DNA of 248,000 bases from the NCBI RefSeq assembly GCF_000737315.1, contig NZ_JMCB01000002.1, positions 20,001-268,000 of the forward strand, given 5' to 3'. Origin of the DNA: Hyalangium minutum (GTDB lineage: Bacteria > Myxococcota > Myxococcia > Myxococcales > Myxococcaceae). Position 1 is the stretch's first letter; each line of letters begins with the position of its first letter. A program made the position numbers and the translations under genes. The notes below the pieces were generated by a model. That model had not been told where the DNA came from. It saw only the letters and a program-made list of their open reading frames with translations, and ran no database searches. Positions 101,386 to 111,358 of the stretch are shown here, in pieces.

Positions 101386-103150
101386 AGCGGCCCTGGCGCG
101401 CCACCAGCTCCGCGTGTGTGCCGGACTCCACCACCCGGCCCGCGTCCAGCACGACGATGAGGTCCGCGTCCCGCACCGTGGAGAGCCGGTGCGCGATGAC
101501 GAGCACCGTGCGGCCCTTCATCAGCTCCGCCAGTCCCGCCCCTACCGCGGCCTCGCTGGCCGCGTCCAGGGCGCTCGTGGGCTCGTCCAGCAGCAGCAGC
101601 GACGGCCGGCGCAGGAACGCCCGGGCCAGGGCCAGCCGCTGCCGCTGTCCGCCCGAGAGCCGGGAGCCGCGCTCACCCACGGGCTCGTCCAGTCCTCCCG
101701 GCAGCGCCCGCACGAAGTCCTCCGCATGGGCCAGGGCCAGCGCCTCCCAGATGTCCGCGTCGGTGGCCTCGGGCCGCCCCAGCAACAGGTTGTGGCGCAC
101801 CGTGCCGGAGAAGAGGACGGGCTCCTGTGGCACCCAGGCCATCTGCGCCCGGACGCTCGAGGGCTTCAGCTCCGTCATGGGCACGCCATCCCAGCGCACC
101901 GTCCCGCCGCTTGTGGGCAGGAAGCCAAGCAGTACTGAAAACAGCGTCGTCTTTCCCGCGCCCGAGGCTCCCACCAGCGCCACCCGCGCGCCCGCGGGCA
102001 CCGTGAGGCTCACCCCGCGCATGCCCTCGCGGCCGTCCAGGTACGTGGCGCGCACGTCCTCCAACACCAGCGCCTGCTTCAGCGGCTCCGCCGTGCGGCC
102101 CTCGTCCGGAGGCGAGGGCTCGTCCGCGATGGCGAAGAGGCGCTCGGCCGCCACCAGGCCCGTGAGCACCTGCGAGAGCGTGCCGCTCAGGGACTTCACC
102201 GGCTGGTAGAGCAGCAGCGCCGCCGCGATGAACGAGAGCAGCCGCCCCGCCAGCGCGGGCTCCGCCGCCACCGCCCGAGCGCCCCACATCACCACCAGTG
102301 CCACGCCGAAGATGCCCAGCATCTCCACCGTGGGGCTGAAGGCCCCGCGCAGGAACAGCGAGCGGCGCATCTCTCCCAGGTAGCGCTCGGCCTCCGCATC
102401 GAACGTCACCAGCGCCCGAGGCACTCCACCGTACGCCTGCACCACCGGCAGGTTCTGCAACTGCTCGGAGGTGAGCGAGGTGAGCGCCCCGAGGCTCGTC
102501 TGCGAGCGCGTGGCCACCTTCTTCAACGAGCGCGCGAACCGCGTCACCGGCACCACGGTGGCGGGCATCACCACGAAGGTCAGCAAGGACAGCTTCGCGT
102601 CGATCATCGCGCAGGTGACGAGCAGCGCGAAAATCTGCATCCCATCCTTCACATAGGAGGACAGCGCCTGCGTCACCGCGAACTCCACCAGGGGGATGTC
102701 TGCGGTGAAGCGCGAGAGCAGCTCGCCCGAGTGCCGCCGCTCGAAGAAGGCGGGAGGCTGGTTCAGCAGCCGCGAGTAGAAGAAGCCGCGCAGGTCCGCC
102801 ATCACCCGCTGCCCCAGCCGCTGCATCCACCCGCCCTGGAGGAACTGGGCCGTGGCCTTCACCGCTGCCACCGCCACCACCAGCCAGGGCAGCCGGCGCA
102901 GCATCTCGTTCGGAGGCAGTTGCAGGCCGGCCAGCGCAATGGACTCGCCGGTGAGCACCGCGCGCAGCAGCGGGCCCACCAACCACGCGTACGCCGAGGT
103001 GGCGGCCGCGGCCAGCAGCGACGCCCCCAGGCCCGCCACGAGCAGGCGCCGGTACGGCCGCAAATAGCTCAACAGTCGACGGTAGATGAACGGCGAGGGA
103101 CGGGGCGCCAAAGCGGCGCGGACTCTCTCACCCCAAGTGCCCAGGTCCAA
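101348..103150 (-). CDS. ABC transporter permease/ATP-binding protein (MsbA-like)
   Basis: GASGAGKT; LSGGQRQR; DEPTSALD. Confidence 0.92.
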   Translation of the reverse strand: MDLGTWGERVRAALAPRPSPFIYRRLLSYLRPYRRLLVAGLGASLLAAAATSAYAWLVGPLLRAVLTGESIALAGLQLPPNEMLRRLPWLVVAVAAVKATAQFLQGGWMQRLGQRVMADLRGFFYSRLLNQPPAFFERRHSGELLSRFTADIPLVEFAVTQALSSYVKDGMQIFALLVTCAMIDAKLSLLTFVVMPATVVPVTRFARSLKKVATRSQTSLGALTSLTSEQLQNLPVVQAYGGVPRALVTFDAEAERYLGEMRRSLFLRGAFSPTVEMLGIFGVALVVMWGARAVAAEPALAGRLLSFIAAALLLYQPVKSLSGTLSQVLTGLVAAERLFAIADEPSPPDEGRTAEPLKQALVLEDVRATYLDGREGMRGVSLTVPAGARVALVGASGAGKTTLFSVLLGFLPTSGGTVRWDGVPMTELKPSSVRAQMAWVPQEPVLFSGTVRHNLLLGRPEATDADIWEALALAHAEDFVRALPGGLDEPVGERGSRLSGGQRQRLALARAFLRRPSLLLLDEPTSALDAASEAAVGAGLAELMKGRTVLVIAHRLSTVRDADLIVVLDAGRVVESGTHAELVARQGRYAQLLGEGAVAA

Positions 103151-103262
103151 GGCGCTTCACAGCAGCGGGCTCGCTTCCCTGGCTACTGCTCAGCCCACCT
103201 GCCACCGCACGCTGGCCCGTTCGTTGCTGTGGGCGGGTGTGGCCAACAGCTTTCGGAAAGCC

Positions 103263-103709
103263 ATGGACATCAACGATACGAACCAAAAAGAGGCGCTGTT
103301 CAGTCCCGGCTGTGAGCCGGTTGTCGAGGACGAGGAGCGGCGGCGGCTCCTCTGGCTCATGGCCGAGTACTTCAGGACGATCGGCTATACGGACATCAAA
103401 GCGCGGCTCCCGGGCTTCATGCCGCCTCCCATTCTTTCGGGAACCATCGAGGACCACCGTCCCGATTTTACATGCCGGCAGACTGACTCGGCCCGCACGC
103501 CCATCATCCTCGAGGTCGTCACGCCAGAGATGGTGGAGGATCCAACCGCCGAGAACCGGTGGAGCCTGCTGGCCAGCGCCGCCAAGCTCTACAACGCCGA
103601 GCTCCACTTCGTGGTCCCCAAGTGGTCGCCTATAGGGCCCGTGGACGCCGCACTCAAGCGCCGGCTGGCTCGCATGGAGCTCCTCGTCAATCGCGTCTGG
103701 CTGGTCTGA
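103263..103709 (+). CDS. Small protein with PD-(D/E)xK-like pattern
   Basis: HRPDF...IILEVV. Confidence 0.5.
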   Translation: MDINDTNQKEALFSPGCEPVVEDEERRRLLWLMAEYFRTIGYTDIKARLPGFMPPPILSGTIEDHRPDFTCRQTDSARTPIILEVVTPEMVEDPTAENRWSLLASAAKLYNAELHFVVPKWSPIGPVDAALKRRLARMELLVNRVWLV

Positions 103710-103819
103710 CGGCCTGGAACGTCGCGCATCCCCCTGGATTGCTGGCTCGAAACCCTGCGTTATAGTGGATCAGTTTCTACGCAGGCTTAAAAGGCCAGTA
103801 AATCCAGGGGTTTGACGCG

Positions 103820-104953
103820 ATGGCAGCGGCGGCGGGACAGAAGCGCGACTACTACGAGATTCTCGGCGTCCAGAAGAACGTCAATCCGCAGGAGCTGAAG
103901 AGCGCCTTCCGGAAGGTGGCCCTCCAGTACCACCCGGACCGCAACCCGGGGGACCAGGCGGCCGAGGAGAAGTTCAAGGAGGCGTCTGAAGCCTACGAAG
104001 TGCTGAGCGATCCGGAGCGCCGGGCCCGGTATGACCGGTTTGGCCACGCCGGAGCGGGCGGTGCCGGCTTCGAGGGCTTTGGCGGCTTCCAGGGCGTCAA
104101 CATCAACGACATCTTCGGGGACATCTTCGGCGAGATCTTCGGCGGCGGTGGTGGCCGAGGGCGGGGCCGGGGCGGTGTCGGCCGGGGTGCGGACCTCCGT
104201 TACAACCTGGAGATCTCCTTCGAGGAGGCGGCGTTCGGCTGCCGTCCCAAGGTTCCGATTCCGCGTCCCAAGAAGTGCGAGGTGTGCAGCGGCTCGGGGA
104301 GCAAGAGCGGCGCGCCGCCCAAGCAGTGCGCCACGTGCGGCGGCGTGGGCGAGGTGCGCTTCACGCAGGGCTTCTTCGCCGTGTCTCGCGCGTGCCACGA
104401 CTGCAACGGCACGGGCGCGGTGATTCCGGATCCGTGCTCGAAGTGCAAGGGCTCGGGCAAGGTGCCCTCGGAAGAGGTGCTCGAGGTGAACATCCCCGGT
104501 GGCGTGGACAACGGCACCCGGGTGCGCCTGACGGGCATGGGCGAGCCGGGCGAGCGCGGCGGTCCTCCGGGAGACCTCTACGTCACGGTGATCGTCCGCG
104601 AGCACCCGCTGTTCCAGCGCGAGGACAACGAGGTGTTCTGCGAGGTGCCCATCTCCTTCACGCAGGCGGCGCTGGGCGCGAAGATCGACGTGCCCACGCT
104701 GGACGGGAAGGTGAAGATGACCATCCCCGCGGGCACCCAGTCCGGCAAGGTGTTCCGGCTCAAGGGCAAGGGCATTCCGCACCTGCACAGCCAGCAGCGC
104801 GGTGATCAGCACGTGCGCGTCATGATCGAGACGCCCACGGACTTGTCCGCCAAGCAGCGCGAGCTGCTGGAGAAGTTCGCGGAGCTGTCGGGCGAGGAGT
104901 CCCACCCGCAGTCCAAGAGCTTCTTCGCCAAGGTGAAGGAGCTGTTCGGCTAG
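103820..104953 (+). CDS. dnaJ: Chaperone DnaJ
   Basis: HPD; G/F region; four CxxCxGxG repeats. Confidence 0.97.
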   Translation: MAAAAGQKRDYYEILGVQKNVNPQELKSAFRKVALQYHPDRNPGDQAAEEKFKEASEAYEVLSDPERRARYDRFGHAGAGGAGFEGFGGFQGVNINDIFGDIFGEIFGGGGGRGRGRGGVGRGADLRYNLEISFEEAAFGCRPKVPIPRPKKCEVCSGSGSKSGAPPKQCATCGGVGEVRFTQGFFAVSRACHDCNGTGAVIPDPCSKCKGSGKVPSEEVLEVNIPGGVDNGTRVRLTGMGEPGERGGPPGDLYVTVIVREHPLFQREDNEVFCEVPISFTQAALGAKIDVPTLDGKVKMTIPAGTQSGKVFRLKGKGIPHLHSQQRGDQHVRVMIETPTDLSAKQRELLEKFAELSGEESHPQSKSFFAKVKELFG

Positions 104954-104976
104954 GTCCGCTGCGCTAGGCTTCGGGC

Positions 104977-105657
104977 ATGATCCGCGTGTGCCTCGTGTCC
105001 GTGCTGCTGTTGAGTGCGCTGAGCCCGCTGCCGGGGCTCGCGCAGATCTCGCCGCCGCCTCTCGTGGCCGCGCCCCCCGGGCAGCTCCTCCCCTCCGAGG
105101 AGGGGAGCGACGAGAAGCCCCCAGGAGAGCTCATCCCGCGCTCCCCCGAGACGCTGAACGGCTCGGAGGGCAGAGCGGGGCGTGTCGTGCTCGAGTCCCT
105201 GGGAGGCGTTCTGCTCGGAGCCATAGGAGGAGTGCCTGCCTTCGGCCTGTCCCTGCTGTTCACCTTTGACTGTGACGGCTGCCACAACACCAACGGGGAG
105301 GCGACGATCCTGGCATTGGCCGGCGTCGCGGGCTTCCTCGGCGGAACGGCGCTCGGGGTGAAGCTGGGCGGGGCGCTCATGGGAGGCGAGGGCCGCTACC
105401 TGCCGACACTCGCTGGGGCGGGTCTGGGGACCCTGGCCGGCGTCCTCGTCGCGCTGCCCACGGGGTTGCTCGTTCATGAGCTGCTGGCCGTTGTTCCGTT
105501 GATCGCGGGCCCCTTCGTCGGAGCCATCATCGGCTACGAGCTGTCGCACTCGAACGAGCTCGAGCGCAAGGCGGCGGGCACCGGTGTGAAGGTGCTCCCG
105601 GCTGTGAGCCTGCGTCCCTCGGGCGGAGTGGTGGCAGGGCTGATGGGTTCGTTCTGA
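104977..105657 (+). CDS. Gly-rich membrane protein
   Basis: Signal peptide and glycine-zipper-like helices. Confidence 0.55.
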   Translation: MIRVCLVSVLLLSALSPLPGLAQISPPPLVAAPPGQLLPSEEGSDEKPPGELIPRSPETLNGSEGRAGRVVLESLGGVLLGAIGGVPAFGLSLLFTFDCDGCHNTNGEATILALAGVAGFLGGTALGVKLGGALMGGEGRYLPTLAGAGLGTLAGVLVALPTGLLVHELLAVVPLIAGPFVGAIIGYELSHSNELERKAAGTGVKVLPAVSLRPSGGVVAGLMGSF

Positions 105658-105874
105658 GTCCTGGCTGACTGCGCGCCCGGTGATTACCTCGGTGTAGCCG
105701 TGCCTACCTCGGCGGTGGGCGTGTGCCTGCTCAGCCCTCGACGGTTCGGGAGAACGCGCCTCACGCGAGTGCTTGGGAGTCGACGTTCGCCCGTCCGGGG
105801 GCGGGCGGGCACTCACCATCCCGGAAAGTCATGCGCATCTGGGCGGCCACACCACCCGGTCGGGGGGAGTTCAC

Positions 105875-108800
105875 GTGGCCACGTACCGACTCGTCCGCAA
105901 GCTGGCCGCGGGCGGCATGGCGGAAGTCTTCTTCGCGAAGGTGCTCGGAGCCGAGGGCTTCGAGAAGCCCGTTGCGGTCAAGCGCGTCTTGCCGTCGCTG
106001 TCGCAGAACCAGGAGTTCACCGAGCTGTTCCTTCGCGAGGCCAAGCTCACCGTCTCCCTGCAGCACGCCAACGTCGTCCAGGTGTTTGATCTCGGCTGTG
106101 CCCGCGGCCAGCACTACATGGTGATGGAGTTCGTGGACGGAGAGAACCTCCGCACGCTCCAGCGCGCCGCCGCCAACCAGCAGGTTCCCCTGGGCCTGCG
106201 CGAGGTGTGCTTCATCGTCCAGCAGGTCGCCGAGGGCCTGGCCTACGCCCACGAGAAGCTCGACGCTTCCGGACGTCCGCTCAACATCATCCACCGCGAC
106301 ATCAACCCGTCCAACGTCATGGTGTCCTCGGCCGGCGAGGTGAAGCTCGCCGACTTTGGCATCGCCAAGGCCGCCAACGTTCAGAACGGCACCGAGGTGG
106401 GCGTGGTGAAGGGGAAGATGGGCTACCTCGCCCCCGAGCAGGTGCGCGGCGCTGCAGTGGATCAGCGCGCGGACCTCTTTCTCCTGGGGCTGCTCTTGTA
106501 TGAGCTGCTCTCCGGCCAGCAGCTCTTCTGCGGCCCGGACTACTTCCAGATCCTCCGCGACATCTCGTCCTTTGATGTGAAGACGGTGGTGCCGGTGCCC
106601 GGTGTGCCCGCGCCGCTGTGGAGCATCGTGACTCGGGCGCTGGCGCCGGATCCGGTGGCCCGCTTCCAGCGCGCTCGGGACTTGTCGGACGCGCTGCAGA
106701 ACTTCCTCTTTGATCACCGCCTGCGCGTGGGCCCCCAGGATGTGGCCAAGCTCTTCGCGCGCATCTTCCCTGGGCGGCGCTCGCCGCTGGACACAGGAGT
106801 TCCGGGCACGGCGGAGACCCGTGGCGAGGAGATTCGCCTCGGTGAGCAAGGCGCCTCTCCTCCGGGAGGGACGCGCGGCGTGGCTGTCCGCACCGCGACG
106901 TCGCAGGAGCCCGCTCAGGGCGCGCCTTCGAGGGCGACGCCTGTGCCCTTGCCCCAGACGCAGATCGCGGCTCCCGGGGGCGCCGTGCCGAAGACCGTCG
107001 CCATTCGCACCCACTCGCGCTCGGATCTGCAGCGCCCGGCCACGCCGCCGCCGCTGCCGCAGGGGACGGCGGGAAACCCCGAGCCGGGCCGACGCCTCAC
107101 GCCGGTCCCGCTGCCTCAGCCGCCAAACCCGGACTCCTCGCGGCGGATTCCACTGCCACCGCGCTCCGCGTCGGCTCAGGTGCTGCAGCTCGCCGCCCAG
107201 CGCCCCCGTCCGGCGGTGCGCCGCCCCCTGGGAGAGCTGTTGCTCGCCGCCGGGAAGCTGACAGAGGCGCAGCTCAAGAACATCCTCGACCGGCAGCGGC
107301 GCGAGGGTGGGAAGCTGGGTGAGCGCCTCGTGTCCGAGGGGCTCGTCACGGACGAGGAGTTGGTGGCCGTTGTTGGCGAGCAGTTGGGCATTCCGTTCAT
107401 CTCGGAGGCGCAGCTCCGAGCGCTGCCCGTGCCCACGCTGCTGCTGCCGCTGCTGCCGGTGGAGCACGCCGAGCGCTTCGAGGCCGTTCCCCTCACGCTT
107501 CAGGGCAAGGAGCTCTTCTGCGCCATGCGCGAGCCTCAGAACCTGGAGCGCCTGGACGAGCTCCAGTTCCGCACCGGGTACGCCGTGCGCGGGCTGCTCG
107601 CCAGCGAGGGCGCCATCCGCCGCACCATCAACCGCTTCTATCGCGGGGACGATTCGGCTGCCCCCGACTGGGCCAGCATGATGAAGGTGAGCGCCTCGGA
107701 GCCGCAGCCGGGTGCCTCCCCTGGGTCCCTGCCCGAGGAGACCGCCCTCCAGCCTGTGGAGCCGCCGCCGCCCGCTCCAGCGCCGGAGCCGGTGTCACCT
107801 CCTGTGCCTCCCGCTCCCGCGCCGCAGCCGTCGCGCACGCCGCCGCGCTCGCTGGCGCGCACTCTGCTGGTGGTCGCGGATGATCCAGAGCAGCGGGACG
107901 CGGCCGTGCAGCTCCTCTCGAGGCAGGGCGTGGCGGCGGCCGGCAGCTCCAGTGCCGAGGCCGAGCGCGCGGTGGCCCTCGGTGGTATCGAGGTGGCCCT
108001 GGTCGCAAGCGACACCCTCGCGGATGCATCGGGGGTGGTGGCCCGGCTGATGGCGGCGGCGCCCACCATGGAGGTGCGCGTCCTGCCCTCGCTGGCGGAG
108101 GCACTCGCCGGTGAGGCGGGCCCGCTGGGACGCGCGGCGCGGCTGCACGCACGGGTGCTGGATGCAGCCCTGGCGGCTCTCGGAGGCGCGGGGGTGCAGG
108201 GGGCGGCGCTGGCGAGGTTGGCCCGGCGCGTGGCGCTTCGGCTCGGGGCCGGCAGAGCGGAGGCGGAGCGGGCCTCGGCCGCCGCGTACGCCATGGCCTG
108301 TGCGGCGCGCCTCGAGGGCAAGGAGATCTACGCGAAGCCCGGCTGCGAGGCCGTGCGCGCGCTGCTGGGCAGGGACGCGGGTGAGCTGGCCTCGGTGCTC
108401 GGTGCCCCCTCTGAAGGAACGCCCGCAGCCCAGCCGAGCCGCGCGGCTCTGGCGCTCAACGCGGCCACGGCACTGATGGAGGCGGTGGGGACGGACGCTC
108501 CGAAGCCGGAGGATGCGTCGCGTGCGCTCGTCCGGCTGCGCGAGGAGGGCCGCGTCCCCGCCATCGCCTTGGAGGCCCTGGCCGCCGAGGTGGCCGAGCT
108601 GGTGCTGGGAGATGCCGCCTCTCCCACGATTGTGTTGGCCGAGCCGGATCCCGCGCGCTCCGCCACGCTCCAGGCGCGCTTCCTGGCCGAGGGCGTGCGC
108701 GTGATGCTCGCGGACTCGGTGGCCCGCGCCCGGGAGCTGCTGGCGGGAGGCGCCCGCGTCCTGGTGATGGCCGCTCGCCTGCCGGACGGGGATGGGGCCT

Positions 108801-109009
108801 CGCTGACGCGGGAGCTGCGCGTGGCCACGCCCACCGCCGAGGTGCCCATCTTCATCCTCGCCTCTCCAGAGGATCCGGGGATGGTGGAGGCAGGGCTCGA
108901 TGCCGGGGCGGATGACGTGCTCACCTACCCGGTGAACCCGGACGTGCTGGCGGCGAAGGTGCGCCGGGCGCTCCAGCCGCGCCGTCCCGTGGTGGCGGCG
109001 GCGAGCTGA
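105875..109009 (+). CDS. Ser/Thr kinase with MshEN/GspE-N and C-terminal REC domains
   Basis: HRDINPSN, DFG; LGELLLAAG..LGERLVSEG; terminal REC. Confidence 0.85.
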   Translation: MATYRLVRKLAAGGMAEVFFAKVLGAEGFEKPVAVKRVLPSLSQNQEFTELFLREAKLTVSLQHANVVQVFDLGCARGQHYMVMEFVDGENLRTLQRAAANQQVPLGLREVCFIVQQVAEGLAYAHEKLDASGRPLNIIHRDINPSNVMVSSAGEVKLADFGIAKAANVQNGTEVGVVKGKMGYLAPEQVRGAAVDQRADLFLLGLLLYELLSGQQLFCGPDYFQILRDISSFDVKTVVPVPGVPAPLWSIVTRALAPDPVARFQRARDLSDALQNFLFDHRLRVGPQDVAKLFARIFPGRRSPLDTGVPGTAETRGEEIRLGEQGASPPGGTRGVAVRTATSQEPAQGAPSRATPVPLPQTQIAAPGGAVPKTVAIRTHSRSDLQRPATPPPLPQGTAGNPEPGRRLTPVPLPQPPNPDSSRRIPLPPRSASAQVLQLAAQRPRPAVRRPLGELLLAAGKLTEAQLKNILDRQRREGGKLGERLVSEGLVTDEELVAVVGEQLGIPFISEAQLRALPVPTLLLPLLPVEHAERFEAVPLTLQGKELFCAMREPQNLERLDELQFRTGYAVRGLLASEGAIRRTINRFYRGDDSAAPDWASMMKVSASEPQPGASPGSLPEETALQPVEPPPPAPAPEPVSPPVPPAPAPQPSRTPPRSLARTLLVVADDPEQRDAAVQLLSRQGVAAAGSSSAEAERAVALGGIEVALVASDTLADASGVVARLMAAAPTMEVRVLPSLAEALAGEAGPLGRAARLHARVLDAALAALGGAGVQGAALARLARRVALRLGAGRAEAERASAAAYAMACAARLEGKEIYAKPGCEAVRALLGRDAGELASVLGAPSEGTPAAQPSRAALALNAATALMEAVGTDAPKPEDASRALVRLREEGRVPAIALEALAAEVAELVLGDAASPTIVLAEPDPARSATLQARFLAEGVRVMLADSVARARELLAGGARVLVMAARLPDGDGASLTRELRVATPTAEVPIFILASPEDPGMVEAGLDAGADDVLTYPVNPDVLAAKVRRALQPRRPVVAAAS

Positions 109010-109219
109010 GTGGCCGAGCAGCCTCGCCCACACACACCCGCGATGCCCACGAGCCACGCGCGTGGCTGGAGACCCACGGCGTTGCGGGGCCAACCCCTCG
109101 AAGTGTCAGGCAGTGGAGGAGGGCATGGGCACTGCAGGCGCCCAGACGTCTTCCCCGGAATCTTCCCGGCGCTCGATTGTCGACGGAGGCGCACCCACAC
109201 TGCTATGCACCCCCCCACC

Positions 109220-111358
109220 ATGGAAGTCCTCTCCCTTTCTTCGCGCCGAGCCCTGGGGCTGGGGCTGGCGCTGCTCCTCACCGCCTGTCCGAAGACGACG
109301 ACCCCCGTTCGAGGAGGTGCTGGAGGGACCGGCGAAGGTTCTCAGCAGACCCTCCCGACGAAGCCTCAGGTCGAGGCGAAGAAGGACGCCACGGCGGACG
109401 CGGCGCTGGCCCAGGCCGTGGAGACTGCGGCGCGCACGCCGGACAAGCTGCAGGCGGCCGAGGTGTTGCTCACAGTGCGCAAGACGTACCCGGGCACCAC
109501 TGCCAGCCAGGAGGCGCTCTACCGCGCCGGTGTCCTCTACTTCGAGTCCGAGAACTACGCCGAGGCCCGGAAGACCTTCAACGAGCTGCTCTTCGAGAAC
109601 CCGCTCTACCCGCAGGCGGAGGACGCCAAGTACAAGCTGGCCCTGTCCGCGCTGGAGGTGGGCGCGTACCGGGATGCGTACCAGACGCTCTCCAGCCTCG
109701 CCGAGCGGGCCGAGGGCGCCCAGCGCGAGAAGCTCCTCCAGGAGGCTGCTCGGGCCGCGGAGGGCGCGGGGCTGTTTGGCGTGGCGCTCGACAACGCGGT
109801 GAAGGCGGCCGAGGACGCGAAGACGCCCCAGGAGCAGGCCGCCGCGGTGCAGCGGGTGGAGCAGCTGGTGGAGGGCCGCGCGTCCTTCGTGGATGTGGCC
109901 CGCGTGGTGGAGGGCATGTCGCCCCGGCACCCGGCGTGGCCCGTGCTGACCTTCAAGCTGGCGCGCATCTACTACCACCTGCGCGACTGGACGCGGCTCG
110001 AGGAGACGCTGAACCGCTTCCTGCAGGAGGCCCCCAGCTCCCCGTTCGCCGGACAGGCCCGCGAGCTGCTGAGCCGCGCCACCCGCCGCGTGGAGGTGCG
110101 TCCCAAGACGGTGGGCGTGCTGCTGCCGATGACGGGCCGCTACAAGCCCATCGGTGAGGCGGTGCTGCGCGGTGTGCAGCTGGGGCTGGCGGGCAGTGAC
110201 ATCGAGCTCATCGTCAAGGACACCCAGGGCGAGGTGATGCTGGCGGGGCAGGCGGTGGAGCAGCTGGCGTTCGACGAGGGCGCCATCGCCGTGCTCGGGC
110301 CGCTGCTGCCGGATGACTCGCGCCGCGCGGCGCTGGTGGCCGAGGAGCTCCAGATTCCCCTGCTGACGATGACGCGCGCCGAGGGAATCACGGAGATTGG
110401 CCCGCACGTGTTCCGCAACATGCTGACGAACTCGGCGCAGGCGCAGGCCATCGCGGACTACGCCATGCGCGTGCGCGGCTTCAAGCGCTTCGCGGTGCTC
110501 TACCCGAACATCCCGTACGGCGTGGAGATGGCCAACGGCTTCTGGGACGAGGTGGTGGAGAAGGGCGGCACGGTGCGCGGCGCGGAGAGCTACGCGCACG
110601 ACCAGACGACCTTCACGGACGAGGCCAAGAAGCTGGTGGGCCGCTACTACCTGGAGGACCGCGCCGACTACCTGGAGGGCATGCGCGACATCCAGGGCGA
110701 GAGCCTGGATGCGTTCCGCAAGCGCAAGGCGGTGGAGAAGCTCAAGGGTGGCCTGGAGCCGGTGGTGGACTTCGAGGCCATCTTCATCCCGGACGACTGG
110801 AAGCGCGTGAGCCTGGTGGGCCCGGCGCTCGCGGTGGAGGACATCATCACCAACGCGTGCGACCCGAGGGACTTGGAGCGCATCCGCAAGACGACGGGGA
110901 AGAAGGACCTGAAGACGGTGACGCTGCTGGGCACCAATACGTGGAGCAGCCCGAAGGGCCGCTCGGGGCTGCCGGAGCTCATCGAGCGCGGCGGCAAGTT
111001 CGTCACCTGCTCGGTGTACGTGGACGGCTTCTTCATCGACTCGCAGCGCCCGGCCACGCGCAAGTTCGTCCAGGCCTTCCGCGAGGCCTACAAGGACGTG
111101 GACAAGGATCCGGGGCTGCTGGAGGCCATTGGGTATGACTCGGCGCTGATGCTGCGGCAGCTCATCGACAAGCAGCGCCCGCGCACGCGCAGCGACATGC
111201 GCGAGGCGCTCCTGAACCTGAAGAACTTCGAGGGCGCCACGGGCCGCACCTCGTTCAGCGACAAGCGCGAGGCGGTCAAGCCGCTCTTCATGCTGTCCGT
111301 GGACAACCGGGGCGTGAAGGAGCTCCCGCCGGAGGCTGCTGGAGGCTCGGGCTCATGA
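109220..111358 (+). CDS. Penicillin-binding protein activator (LpoA-like) lipoprotein
   Basis: Lipobox LTAC; TPR; VGVLLPMTG; FEGATGRTSF. Confidence 0.8.
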   Translation: MEVLSLSSRRALGLGLALLLTACPKTTTPVRGGAGGTGEGSQQTLPTKPQVEAKKDATADAALAQAVETAARTPDKLQAAEVLLTVRKTYPGTTASQEALYRAGVLYFESENYAEARKTFNELLFENPLYPQAEDAKYKLALSALEVGAYRDAYQTLSSLAERAEGAQREKLLQEAARAAEGAGLFGVALDNAVKAAEDAKTPQEQAAAVQRVEQLVEGRASFVDVARVVEGMSPRHPAWPVLTFKLARIYYHLRDWTRLEETLNRFLQEAPSSPFAGQARELLSRATRRVEVRPKTVGVLLPMTGRYKPIGEAVLRGVQLGLAGSDIELIVKDTQGEVMLAGQAVEQLAFDEGAIAVLGPLLPDDSRRAALVAEELQIPLLTMTRAEGITEIGPHVFRNMLTNSAQAQAIADYAMRVRGFKRFAVLYPNIPYGVEMANGFWDEVVEKGGTVRGAESYAHDQTTFTDEAKKLVGRYYLEDRADYLEGMRDIQGESLDAFRKRKAVEKLKGGLEPVVDFEAIFIPDDWKRVSLVGPALAVEDIITNACDPRDLERIRKTTGKKDLKTVTLLGTNTWSSPKGRSGLPELIERGGKFVTCSVYVDGFFIDSQRPATRKFVQAFREAYKDVDKDPGLLEAIGYDSALMLRQLIDKQRPRTRSDMREALLNLKNFEGATGRTSFSDKREAVKPLFMLSVDNRGVKELPPEAAGGSGS

